Shown here: one piece after another, positions 34,444 to 47,860 of the stretch
How positions within the stretch are numbered: the stretch's first letter is position 1
Layout of the letters: each line of letters opens with the position of its first letter
Assembly: GCA_044892525.1 (NCBI GenBank)
Contig: CM097885.1
Span: forward strand, 50,904,001 to 50,968,000
Source: Schmidtea polychroa
Lineage: Eukaryota
Reading direction: 5' to 3'
Length of the DNA stretch: 64,000 bases
The notes under the pieces: model-generated
What the model was told of the DNA's origin: nothing
The model's input: the letters and a program-made list of their open reading frames with translations, nothing else
Databases searched by the model: none
Position numbers and translations under genes: made by a program

Positions 34444-35502
34444 TGTTGAGGTCTGTAAATTAAAATTAAAAATTTAAATAAAATTTAGGATAATAATTCA
34501 AATGGAAAGTAAGCGAGGAAAAAAGGCAAATAAAAGCGGGATCGTGCACAGAATTAATAGTAAAGGAAAGTGCGATGGAAACAGTATTAGAAAATGCAAA
34601 ATGCAATTACGAAAGGCGAGAATCCGGAAATCCGAGAAAAATCAATAAATGGAAAAATCATCGAAATCGAATGGGAAAAACGGGACAGGTATAGATTAGC
34701 TAATGGTCAACAAGATGATGGTTAGAGATTTATCAGAAAAGGGTTAGGAAGGGTCGAAAAACATTCAAACGTATGAAAACAGAAAACGTTAATTAATTAA
34801 TTAATTGGCTAATGGAAAACCCGAGCTAATGGGAAACCCGAGCCAATGGAGAACCCGAGAGATAAAGGAAACCCGAGCTGGGTAAACAAGAAGAAAGGCA
34901 AACAAAAGGAAGATTTGGGCCCATTAGCTTGACACAATGATTAATGGGAAAAGAGTAAGGAGAAGATAGCGCGCGTAGGAAGACCGGTAGGGCCATTAAT
35001 TATCTGGATTCGTTGGACCATTATGGGTGACAGCCGAAGCAAACACGTAGGAGAAAATGTCAAACGAAAGATTGACTCGGCAATAACCATTTGTCATCCT
35101 GATTTCGAGGAGTATATAAGCAAAGGGAAAATCAGAGAAAATCGGCATTCTGCCTCAGCTATGGTTCGAAGAATTAGACTGTAGGAAAAGCTGGTAGACG
35201 AATTAGGGAAAGTAGGGAAAAGAAGAAATAGAATTAAGAATACGGAAAGGCGAAAAGGGATCAAACCAAACAGAAACCGAGGAAAACGAGAGTCAAGAGA
35301 ACTAAAGGATCAAAAGGTGAATATTGTTTGTTTGCAAAGCATCAACACCGAGCGGAGAATCGTATAAAACTTTGATCAGTAATTGTAGCGTGATAATAAA
35401 TTGTAAACCTGTTGTTTCAATATACGTTGGGTCGTTCATTGTTTTGATTTAAAGAACACAGGAGTCAGAGAGAACCGACTTGAAATAATCCAAAACCCAA
35501 CA
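34444..35502 (+). repeat. 3' LTR (1059 bp)
   Basis: Direct repeat of 18376-19434, followed by the ATAT TSD. Confidence 0.97.
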
Positions 35503-35655
35503 ATATTATTATTATAAAAAACAATAAAATACAATAATAGTATTAAAAAAAGAATTAAAACATATTTTTTAACATATTTACCTGTCATATTTTATTTTAT
35601 TATTATGAATTTCATTAATAATTAATTATTATACAAACACATATACAATATACAG

Positions 35656-36409
35656 TGTTGGGGTTCAACAGGAGAGGCACAAAAATGTGGTGAAAATTGA
35701 TAAAAACACCAAATTCAATATAAAAATTTCAAGTACAAAATATTAATTAAAAATCAAAAATTTTAAAAATGAATATTTTCCGGGGGAAACTGGTATGGGC
35801 GGATGCTAAATAATGAGGCGAGTTCAGCTATAATAAAATAAAATCAATGGGGGGTCCCTAAAAGGAATAAATTCCAAAAAACAAAAATTAATTAAAAATT
35901 AATTAACTAATGGAGAACCCGAGCTAATTGGAAACCCGAGCGAATTGAGAAAACTTGAATTAGCAATCCAATTTTGGGAAGGCAATTAATTTAGCCGAAT
36001 AAAATAAAAGTGACAAGAGCCGTCAAAGAAAAAGGGGCAATTCCCTTAAATTGAATTAGACCTACAAGAGGAAGCCCGGGGAAGTTAGACCCAAACTAAT
36101 TTACCAAAATAGAAGTTTGACGAGAGCGAAAAAGGAAACATTAAAGTTAGTTGAAAATAAACAATTTAAAAATAGAACGTACCAGAAAGGGACATCTCCC
36201 GTTGGAAGATCTACCCCTGCGTGAGATTTGTTGGGAAATTGAAAAGTGCAGACAAAACCTGATTGTATCAAGTGTGAGTAAACTAATAAAAAGTGTAAAA
36301 GTGTAACTGCAGCAGTGTTAATAAAGATTTTGTGTTGGGTCGTTTATTTATTTTAAAAAGAACACAAAGGGGTCAGACCATAGTACCAACTTAAATTAAA
36401 AACCCAACA
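35656..36409 (+). mobile_element. Solo LTR of a related Gypsy family
   Basis: TGTTGGGG...AAAACCCAACA termini. Shares GGAAACCCGAGC, TTGGGTCGTT and AAAGAACACA motifs with the large element's LTR. CAG flanks both ends. Confidence 0.8.
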
Positions 36410-36739
36410 CAGTAATATAATATCATCATCATCATATTTGATTTTTTGTTTTTATTATCAATTTTATTATCTTCATTTCAGATTATAAATCAAAATCTTT
36501 ATAAATAGAGAATAAATTTTCCTCACAGCAATTTTCAAAGAATTGTGTCAAAAATAAATGTTAAATAAATGAAAATATTGATATAATATGAAATAATATG
36601 TTAATAAATGAATAACTTGATTAGATATCAACGATGGCCACCACATGATCAGTCATTTTGTAATTATTATTTTTAAAGTCAGAAGTAGTATTTTTCATGT
36701 ATTTTTCATGTGAAATGATATTTGGATTTCACTATCACA

Positions 36740-37399
36740 TTTTTATTTTACTTGTCAATATTATTTTTAAGAGATTTCAATAAAGTTACTGAGAATTATA
36801 AAATAATACAAAATTACAAATAAAAATGCATCTTAATTCAAAACGATTTGGTTAGCACTAAGTTTAATTCACTTTCACTTCTTTTCACTATACTGTCAAT
36901 TTTCTTTCTTCGATCAATTGGCAATTATGTTTACTTACTAGTCTCTTTTATACCCGTCTAGTAATTTTATCTTCTCCTTATCAAATTTCTTTGAATACTT
37001 TTCCCCAGCCTTTCTCTTAACGACCTAATTGGGTTGGGCAATTTATTCATTTTTGATAGTCTACCCCAATTTAATTACTCGTCAGCTAATTCGATTGCCT
37101 GTACCCTAATTGGATTGACCACTCGGGTCTTCTCAAACTGCTAGGGTTCTCCATTGGCTCAGATTTTCCATTATATAATTAATTTTGTAATTATTTTAGT
37201 TTTTTGTAATTATTTTATTCTCAAGGGCCCCCAGTAACTTTAATTTTAGTATATTTGAACTCGTCTCATTGTTTGGCATCCGCCCATACCAATTTCCCCC
37301 AGAAAATATTAGTTTTTTGTACTTTAAATTATTATTGTGAATTTGATGTTTGTATTGATTTTCACCTTGTATTAGTGCCTGTCTCTTCGAACCCCAACA
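36740..37399 (-). mobile_element. Inverted solo-LTR copy (left boundary approximate)
   Basis: The reverse complement begins TGTTGGGGTTCGAAGAGACAGGCAC and aligns with 35656 onward (GGTATGGGCGGATGC, GAGTTCA, GGAGAACCC). Confidence 0.75.
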
Positions 37400-38269
37400 T
37401 AATAAATGGAATTTTATATATAAAATAATGATAAATTGTAATTATAAGCGCATTTAAAATAATAAATAAATTAAAATCAGTATGAAAACATTGTTATAAA
37501 TAAATATCGTTAAAACATAACATTAACAAGAATTTAAATTTAAATCATTTAAATTTCAATGAAAAATAAAGTATTAATTAAAATATAGAAATATAAATTT
37601 AAATTAAAAACAAAATGATTATTTAGTAATGATAATTTTTTTTATGATAATTTTCCTAGAATGTTCTACGATATGTTCTACGATAGAGAAATTTGTCATC
37701 GGCTGTTGAAATTTTGAGTTTGAAAATTTAAATACTTTTTATATTCCTATACTTAAATTTGAAGATGGGTTCTATTTTCGGATAGGCTTTAGAGAAAATG
37801 TGGTTCTTTTTTATGAATAGGTTATTTCCATAGGAATATAAAAGATTGGGTTGTATTTTAATTATATTTCTTCAAGTTTCTCAAAAATAATATCAACAAA
37901 TGAAGACTACATAAGTTTAGAAGTCAATAAAACCGGTCTCGTGTTGAATTTATAATTTCTTTACTTATACTACTATTTAACTTCATCAGTAATGCTATTA
38001 AATTATTAAATAAATCATTACATATATTCACTGACAGAAGTCTGTGAGAAAGCAAATCGATAATCGATTTGGCAGATGAAACTCTAAAAATGTAAATATC
38101 ATTGATAATATATTGATTAAATAATTACTTTTTTGTGGATTATTTGAAAGAAAGTGAAATATGAGATGTATTTTATATAAAAATAATATCACTTATATTT
38201 TCGAATTTTTCAATCTTCTTCCTCCTCTTCTTCTAGTTCTTCTTATCATTATAATTATTATTTTTATTA

Positions 38270-38309
<40 letters not shown>

Positions 38310-40809
38310 CATTATTAGTTATAAAAATATTATTGGAGACAAAAATAATACATAAATCAATTTACTAAATTATTTACTATCTATAAAATAATTTAGAAAA
38401 TAAATTTTTAATTAATATAACTTTAGAAGTCAAGATCAACCTAAGTAATTATGAAATATAATCTGTGACAGATGTGGTCCGTCAGTGACATTTTCAAACT
38501 TTCTCTTAATCTTTAAGTTTATTTTTTAAGAAAAATAAATTCTACTCGATAATTTAATTATAATGTCAGATGGCATATTTTTGAAGACTATTTTTAAATA
38601 TTATTAATTACAATTGACATTTTTATTCATGTTTGCATTAAATTTTTGTTTTTAATGATATATTAATATAATACAATTAAATTAAATTAAATTAATAATA
38701 TAATATGCATTATAGTTGAAATCAAGTGAAAATAGAATTAAATGCAAATTATGCAATTCAAATACAAATATTACAAGTCTTTTGTGCTTAACATCATTAT
38801 TACAGAGTTAATACATCCGAGGGATGAAAAAAGAATTACATGACCACCAGAGGCTAAAGAAAAATGTTAAAAAAGACGGAGCATTATAGAAACTATTTTA
38901 GTATAAAATATAAATTAATTGTCACAAATTATTTTCTAACTTATCGTATAATATCAGTCTATTATATCATGTCTATTATGATATAGAACGAAAATTGATG
39001 ATTTTATCAATATCTGCTATTATTTACATTAGATTTGTGAAATATGGCACTGTATGCATTAGTAAGATAACATCTAAAATATAAAAGACCCAAAAAAAAA
39101 AAAAAAAAGACCAAATCCTTTTTTTTACAAAATTTCTTTTAAATTACTCACTGGTTAATTCTGACTACTTGCGTCTCTGTTCGCACACGTCTTCTTCTTG
39201 GCTGTGTGCAGGCGCAATTAGTCAAGTTTTTGGATTTTTTATTAATTTATTGTTTTTCGATTGGTTATGGAATTTTGGTGGTTGTTTAAAAAGTCAGTTT
39301 TCTGGAATTTTTGATTTTCGGGTTTTCTATTTGGATTTCTATTGCTGAAGGTGCTGAACGACATTGAAAATTAAATCCTTTCCGGAGTCTTGTTATTTCA
39401 ATTATGAATCAAACTGAAGTTAATAAACGTCTTAAATGGCCTAAATTAAAAAAATTGATACGAATTTGTGTTGAAAATAAAATTAATGATATAGGTGTTT
39501 TAGAATTTTAAATCGATTTCTGCTAAAAATGCAACTTCAATAACTAACGGAGAAGTTCTTTTCAATATTCCCAAATATTAGACAACAACTGACTTTAGGT
39601 CCAGACATAAGCAACGTGACGAAATGCGTCGGAACATAACACGCAAACATAGCATCAAGTCGAATCAAATTCAAACACGTCCAAACATCAACTAAACAAT
39701 TAAAGATAATTCAATAAATAATAAACCCACCAGTAAAACTAATATGAATAAAATGCAAGAAGTATCACATGAAATAAACTCAAACACAACATAGATACAT
39801 AACAGAAGTAAGCATATGTGAATAAATTGCGATAAGGAGAGGTAGAAATGAAAATTAGAAAGATTTCCACAAAATAACATCAAAAAACTGAATTAGAGAT
39901 AAAAATTACTATAAGAATAAACTAATAAACTAGAATATCCCGTAAAAATATTGAAATCCATCATGGCCGTCAAATAATTTAGAAAGTTAACTAGAAAATA
40001 AACATTTAATAATTAAATTAACCAAAAAAAGAGATAACATAAGAATTACAAAAAAATGAGAATTATATATTAAAATATCTAAATATAAAATATCTAAAAT
40101 ATATTCTGAAAAACACCCATATCCATAATGGCAGCAAATTTAATTAAAAATAATAAATATAAAATTTAGAAATTAAAATTAATTATAATTTATAAAAAGC
40201 GTTATCAAAATTGATGAAAATTAGAATTCAAAATTAGATAGAATTAAAATAATTCAAATTTGTTTTACTCAATCAATGCACGCACATATGCTCGTACAGC
40301 AAAATTAGGGTATATATACCGACAAATTTTGGTCAGAAAACACACAATTTCATGCCAATATTTTTGTCAGAAAATTAACAAATATGGGTTAGGGTTAGTT
40401 TATCCGTGACATTTCCTAATTTGTTACTTATTATAGTAATTTGAGAATATAGGGTTGCATAATTGTCGTTTTGGTTTTTGATTTCTTTTTGAACAAGCAA
40501 AATTTTCAACACTACATTACTAAATTTTCAGGCCCACACCAAACTGCATATAAAAGTTAATAAAATGAATCCCAACAAGGAGTGATTGTTATACTGTGCC
40601 GTGTATACGGAGTCGTGTTACCAACCTATTTATCAGGAACTTATAGGTGACCGGAGTGGACAGCGATCAGCATCGATGTTGTCTACATGTGATGTCAATG
40701 TTAATAATTAAATCGACCGAGGCCACGGCGAACTTTTAGTTTGTGCGTAGTTCACATGTCCTAACACAACACCATGGATTCACCGTATTCGAATCCAATG
40801 GATTGGTGC

Positions 40810-41480
40810 GATGGAAAATTTTCTTAATTAATGTAAATGACTTAAAGCGCATGATCACAACTCACCCACTTGATACAGTTCCAATGTTGGTCACTTAACA
40901 AGTATCCAGCGGACACAATTCTTGTATTCTGAGTTATGCTGAAAAGAGCACAAAAGGGTAAAATATAGATTACCTATAAACCCACCACAAAGCTTACAGA
41001 GAATCCATGACTCAAATTATCTTGGAGACATTTAATGCACCAATGATGTACATTACAATTTAGGTAGTCCTTTATTTGTACACTTCAGATCGTATATCGG
41101 GTATCGTTCTGGACTCTAGTGACATTGTATTTTGCTCTATGGAAATTTATGAAAATTATGTTACATCATGGTATTTGCTGCTGCTGCTGCTTTTTCATCG
41201 TTACTTAAAAAGAGTTCTAGATGATCAAATTATTAACATTGCATATTAAAGATTCAGATGTCCAGAATCTTTATTCCAACAATCATTCTTGGAAATGGAA
41301 CCTACTGATATTCATGAGATGACAAATAACAGGATGATGAAATGCGATGTAGGTATTCGAAAGATTTATATAACAATACAGTATTATCAAGTTGTTCGAC
41401 AGTGTATCATGGTATTGAAGATAGTATGCGAAAACAAATATCACCTTTGGGTCCATCAGGATCAATGAGAATTAAACACT
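40810..41480 (+). pseudogene. act: Actin pseudogene (intronless, internally deleted, frameshifted)
   Basis: [71 protein letters not shown]...SMRIK align with actin. 5' boundary approximate. Confidence 0.88.
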
Positions 41481-41750
41481 CACATTTAATCTAAAATAAC
41501 GTATTTACTATAATAAGATATAAACTTTTACGAAAATCCCATCCTTTTTAGTTTTTCTAAAAACATCCAGCTCACATGCAATTTACAACTGGTCAGTTGA
41601 ATGAGCTACAAAAACGTAGTTAATTTTCATAAAATATGCTCATTATGTTAGAAAGCCGTCAAATATTATTTATTTTGCATTTGAAATTTATAAAGCAAAA
41701 ATGTACGATTTGTCGAACTCTGAATTATTATAAATTTTTATAAAATTCTA

Positions 41751-41847
<97 letters not shown>

Positions 41848-41992
41848 TAAAACAATAAAATGATAATTTAAGCCTTGACAAGGACTATCTTATAGTCGAA
41901 AATTTTTTCATTAAATACATTATTTGCAGCAAAAGGCTTAAATTATCATTTTATTGTTTTAAATAATAAATGCTGCTACCAAGCAATCGTCA
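41848..41992 (+). mobile_element. Penelope-type terminal-repeat fragment with ~30-bp inverted repeat and a degenerate hammerhead-like core, within a (TAT)n tract
   Basis: AAAACAATAAAATGATAATTTAAGCCTT / AAGGCTTAAATTATCATTTTATTGTTTT inverted repeat. GACTAT-CTT-ATAGTC-GAAA. A near-identical sequence ends the Penelope fragment at 58888-58985. Confidence 0.55.
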
Positions 41993-41997
41993 TTTTA

Positions 41998-42111
<114 letters not shown>

Positions 42112-43106
42112 CAAGTATTAGGAAATATTTTATATGACCAGTAGCATCAAGTCATTGATCAGATCACTTATGGAATTCAATAATAAGGAGTGATTTTCAA
42201 CAGAAAATAAATTCAAATTGATAAATGAAGAAAATGGAAATTACAAATTTCTCTATTTCAACCGAGAAGTCATAAAATGAAAATCATTTCAGACATAAAA
42301 TCAGAGTCAATTCCAAATTAAATTTGTTTTATGACAGAAATGCAGAGGGAATTAAATTTAATTCCCATCTCTTAATATAAATGATTTATAAAATATCGTG
42401 ATTTCAGTTTGGAAAATTTAAAAGAACTGACAATAAATTTTACGCATCAATTAAAAATTAAACTTTTGTTTAGATTTGATTTTTCTTGTCTCAAGTCAAA
42501 AGAAAACAAAATTTACCAATCTTTTGCAATTTTTAAAATTATTGCAAATATATTTTAAAGATAACATTTATTTTCATTCGAACAAGGTCTGAGAATTCCA
42601 CAATGTAACACAAATGTAAATAACACTTGGAAAAAGTATTTTAAAAATTTGTGTCACATAAGAAAAAATATTTTTCTCTATAGTCATAATGAAAATGAAT
42701 TTAATTTTATAAAGCAAAAAAATTGTAGGAAAACGCAAAAATAAATGAATTTAAAATCAAATTTAATCTCAAATTTGGAAAAATCGAAATTTCAAATTTA
42801 AATCTATTTCATTTAAACAAATGTTGTTTTAAAATCATAATTTTTAATTATATTTTTTTTGTAAATACAATTTTTAAATTTGGCTATCCTTAAAAAATAA
42901 AATAAAATGATGTAATGGGTTTTCTCCGTAAGAATGGACATCCTTCTCCAAAGTTGTCAAATTACAATTTTGACCTACATTTATAAAAATTTCAATTTCA
43001 CAAATTGCTTACATGAAATTGAAATTATATTAATTCAATTTTTGAAACTCCAATAAAAAATTTACATTTTAAATTTTTGATTTAGTAATTAAAAGTAATT
43101 TAAATT

Positions 43107-44077
43107 TATAAGATAACGCCAATCAAACATTCTTTTCACGATATATTTCGACAGTTTTCCTGTCATCATCAGGTGGGATATAATAACTATATAAATTAAG
43201 GATTTTAAACAAATATATTATTTTAAAATAAATGTTTTATATTATTTAATAAAAATATTTCATTTTTTAAAAAATCATAATTAAAATTATTTATTATTTT
43301 TAAAAAATTTATTAATTAATAAATTTCACAAACAGCAATCAATACATACAATATACAAAAAATTATTTAAAAACATTTAAAACCCAAGTATTTACTGCAT
43401 TCTGCACATTAATTTTTGGATTCAATGACTTTATCAACAACGCCTCACAAATTACACATTCACAATAATTATCGAAATTCTTTAACAAAATTTTAAAATC
43501 AGACATACCCATTTTACTCTTAAAGCCCTTATTGTGCTCACCAATATGGGTCAAAGCCTTCGGTCTACAATGTTCTCGAGCTCGAATACAGAGATGACTT
43601 GAAGTCTCTACAATGTATGTGGCATTACACCCATTACATGCTAACGGATAAACGAGATCAGAACACAATTCTACCGGAGTTTTAGACTTATTAATGAACT
43701 TATTGCGAACTTTCCATGAAGTTGATACTATCCTATAGTTTAAATTCCCTAACTGCTTTCTTATTTTCACTTTATAATCCTTAAAACCTTCTGAGAACGG
43801 CAATACTAACAGAAATTTAGGCTCACCATCCTTGCTCACACTATTTAATTTATTTAACTAATCAGACTCACACATCTCAACAAAATCACATCCAGATTTT
43901 AATTCATCGGACTCACACACCTCAATAACATCAATAAATTTGTCTTTTACCATAATTAATAAAAAGGATTTTGAATAACCTTTCTTCATTAACAATTCAA
44001 CTAATTCAACCTGATTATGACAGGAAATCTGTCGAAATATGTCGTGAAAAGAATGTTTGATTGGTGTTATCTTATAA
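43107..44077 (-). mobile_element. Penelope-like element, 5'-truncated, with inverted terminal pLTR segment; GIY-YIG ORF 43363-43839
   Basis: LVYPLACNGCNATYIVETSSHL...REH, EALLI. 43107-43173 is an inverted repeat of 44010-44077. Confidence 0.88.
43137..43176 (-). ncRNA. Minimal type I hammerhead ribozyme (Penelope pLTR)
   Basis: Minus strand reads CAC-CTGATGA-TGACAGGAAAACTGTC-GAAA-TATA-TC-GTG: intact core, stem II, palindromic stem III. The inverted copy at 44011-44046 has CTGATTA. Confidence 0.8.
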
Positions 44078-47075
44078 TTATATCATTACCATGTATGTTT
44101 AACTATTAATTTAAATTTAGTTTTATCTTCATTTGAATTAATATAAACACGTTTCAAACTTGAACTAAATGAAAAGATAGTATATAAAACTGTTCTTGTA
44201 AAATAGATAAAGGCAAATTGTTAGGAGCAATTTCTCTATTCACACTTTATCATTTATAAGAAATAATAGCTAGGTCAAATGTAATTTAAAAAACATACTT
44301 CATCTTTCGTTGCAAATTATTTTTAGTTGATTTTGGAAGATTTCGACATTATATACTCATCTAGTTTTAGGAATCTATTTATAATAAAGTTACTCCAAAT
44401 TAATTTTCATAAGACGTTTGTCAATTGGGGGTCACTCTTGTCTGTCAATATTACTAGCATAATGCTCATATTTAAGAATGAAACCAAGTATTTCTTTACT
44501 CAGTAAAGTAATTACATTTTCATCTCTATTAAGTACTCTTCTGTCTTCAACATTCATTGCTATAGAAATATTATTTTCTCGCGTTTAGAACCGAACAAAC
44601 TGCTACTAAATATTTCCCATCAAAACATTCTAGCCTTATGCCTGCTGAATGTTATATTGGCAAAATTATATAGTTTTGTTTAAAAGCTTTAATTACATAA
44701 ATACTAAGATTACCAACACACCAAAATGACAGAGTTCACATTTTTTATATATATTTATATATATTTTTATATATATTTATTTTTTATATATATATATATA
44801 TATTTAACTTAATATAAAACAATAAAATAAACGAATATATATTGTTGATCGATGGCGTATGAAAATTCCTTATGCGTACATTACTCGAGATTGAATGAAA
44901 ATTCTCGTAAAGGTTTGTTTGAATATTGAAAACAAATTTAATTGTTTTGAATTTAATAAACACTTGTGTGTAATTATAGATAATAAATTAACACTAGTAA
45001 TTAAACTAATTTTTATTTTAGATTGAAGTACATTATTTTCAATGATATGTTTAATGTATACCTAAATATATCAGTCAACTCTGATAGTCCTAGTGCTAAG
45101 AAATACAAAATAAGAATTAATGTGACATATAATATCTGCTATCTTAACTATTGTTTTTAGAACATTTATAATACAATTTAATACTGAAATTCTGTAATGC
45201 TTTTCTATTTCTAAAAAAGGTTTTTGGTTTTTGAAAATGGACGTTGCATTCCTATTTCTTTAAGAATTCCTTTGTGGACTAAACTTCTCAGATTCCTGTC
45301 ACTTGATCCTAAAAATTGAGACATGATATATAATAAAGAGTTTATTTGTATTTCCTAGTCTAAAAATCCAGTTAAAGTAAGCTGGTAATATTTTTACCTA
45401 ATCTATCTACCGTCAGTGTCATTAGAATTGTGTCACCTTATACACCAAAAGCCACTGAGAACCGTTTTTTGCTGTCGTCTTTTCATTTTGGTAAACAACT
45501 GCTATCAACGATACATATTCACCCAAAATTGATCATTTATAACTAAAAATATATTGTTTGCCAAGAATTCTTTTATGAAATGTCCCACACGCAGAAATTA
45601 ATGAATATTAAAACTTCATTTGTATTTTGCCTAATCAGCGTTGTAAAATCGTTTGTCCATGTTTTCTGTTTTTGAAATTCTTCTCAATTTTCAAATAATT
45701 TTTAAATTTTATTTCCACCAATGTTCACCTTCATATTTCTCCGTGCAAATTCGTATATTTTCAAGTGTGCCATATATTTTTACGGATGTTATAAATTATT
45801 CCTTCACTCCTTGTTTTCGCGTCTTGTTTGATATTTTTAGCAAATATTTTTGCTTTTATTTTTTTCTAATTTGACAGTTTAATAAATAATTTGACATTAA
45901 CTTTATGAAATATAGTCATTTCTCCATAATACATCTGCGGTAGCATATATGTATAATAATACGTAATTTCCCTTTTTGTATATATAATGCATTTAAATCG
46001 TTAATTCGTGCCTGAAATTGGGTTTATTTACCATAAAAGTTATAGATTTATTCGTAAACAAAAGAGCTTAAAATGCTGACTCAAGTAAATTATTGAAAAT
46101 CTTAGATGTGTAATAAAAACAGTAAATTTCTTTACAGCATACATGTTTCGCAATAAAAAGTTCTAGAAGTTAAAAAAAATTTTTTGTTATTAATTTTCTT
46201 CATAATATATTTTTTAAAGTATTCATCAAAGTGAAATGCATTCATAGCCATTGTGAAATGTATATACTTATGATAATAAATGGATTATGGTTAAAACTTT
46301 AAAAAATGAAAAAGAAAGATCCTCAAAGAATTTAATTAAAATAAAAAAAAATTAATAAACCTATTTTAATAAAATAATTAAGAATGATGACAATTTAATT
46401 AAATGCAATAAATTTCTATCTGGTAATGCAGTAACAAAAGTTATATTTATTCATTAATTTTTTTCCATTTGTATTAACTTTTCTTGTCCATTATTGTTCA
46501 AATGCAACATTTTGTATTTTTATTCATTTTAAACGCTCACATTCTTGAATGATAATGCTTTGTAAAATAATTGTTTTATTAAATATGTTTTTTTCAAAAA
46601 TATTAATCAATTAAAAATTTAAGCTCGTCAAAATTAAAAAAAATTAAAATTGAAAACTAATTCATAAACAATTGTTTTTATTAGAATTATTTCTTTCAAC
46701 ATATTGAAATTGGATCCTCATTCATTTGTAAAGAAGAATCAATCATGAAAATTGAACAGAAAATGATGTAATTTAATTAGTTGAGAGAATTTTTTTATCT
46801 GATTACATGTCGCTTTTTATTCATAAACAATTGTTTTTATTAACTATCAAATCGACATTATTTAGAAGATTGTTTACACAATTTCCAAGCTTTTCAAAAT
46901 CAAAAATGATATTCCAATATTTCCTAATTGAGTTTGCTATAATTATATAGAAAATGAGTCACATTCGCCAGACATAGTTTAGATAAGAATGTTGTAAATA
47001 AATAGTATAAAATTTGAAAATCGTGTTTATTTATATATGACTTCATGACACAAATGTGTATGTGTGCATAAATCA

Positions 47076-47860
47076 CACCAAACACCACTGAGATACATTT
47101 TCTATAATGGTGGTTAGTGTGTAAATCATTAAATTGACTCGATAATTTAATAAATTTCATTTTTCTAGAAATTTATTTTAGCCAATTTTGAAATGGTTTT
47201 CAGTTAAGATGTTTAATTTTAAGTAAATTTTAAGACTTGAATTTTGATCCATATAGATATGAAATCATTATTCAAATTTTAAATATTAATTTTAGTCAAC
47301 ATTTGTGTTATAAATTATTTTTAATTAATTTTCAGGTTTTTTAAGAATTTTGAAATTTATTTTATAATTATTTTGGAATTATTTTGATATAATGTAAGTC
47401 AGATATATTTTTAATTATAATTAAATAATTAAATCAATCGCCAAAAATGTATTTTTCTAAAATATTCTTAAAACAATTATCAGAAATTCTAATGAATATT
47501 TAACTTAATTTTAACTTAAAAATAATTGTTACAGTGATATCTCGTCATTTTCATGACAATAGTTTCTTTAAAAATACATTTAAAAACATTTTCAGTGATC
47601 ATTTTTTTCTAAAATGTGTCTAAAATAAAGTTATTATAGAAACGTATCGAACCGGTGCATTTCTCTATATCGAAATTTTGCATGTGATTTTAGTATGTTT
47701 TGTCTTTGTGTGCAGTATTTAATTTTTCTACCACTTTTTAGATTTCATTGCACTATTAATAAGAATATCTAAGTGAAATCAAAGTATGTATGTTTCTATA
47801 ATGTAAGATTACTGATTTCTTTCTTATATTATAGGAAACGTATCTCAGTAGTGTTTTGTG
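47076..47860. mobile_element. Non-autonomous TIR element (Tc1/mariner-like MITE), copy 1
   Basis: TIR CACCAAACACCACTGAGATAC. Homologous along its length to 59974-60856. Confidence 0.8.

Larger units (their letters stand above)
18376..35502 (+). mobile_element. Full-length 17.1-kb Ty3/Gypsy LTR retroelement with an internal envelope gene (endogenous retrovirus-like)
   Basis: Two 1059-bp TGTTG...CAACA LTRs, ATAT TSD (18372-18375 / 35503-35506), PBS, PPT, and gag plus PR-RT-RH-IN in Gypsy order. Confidence 0.97.

Noticed and set aside
39170..40140. Possible decayed retroelement 5' region (MNQTEVNKRLKWPKLKK...)
   Set aside because: Too degraded, with no diagnostic motif.
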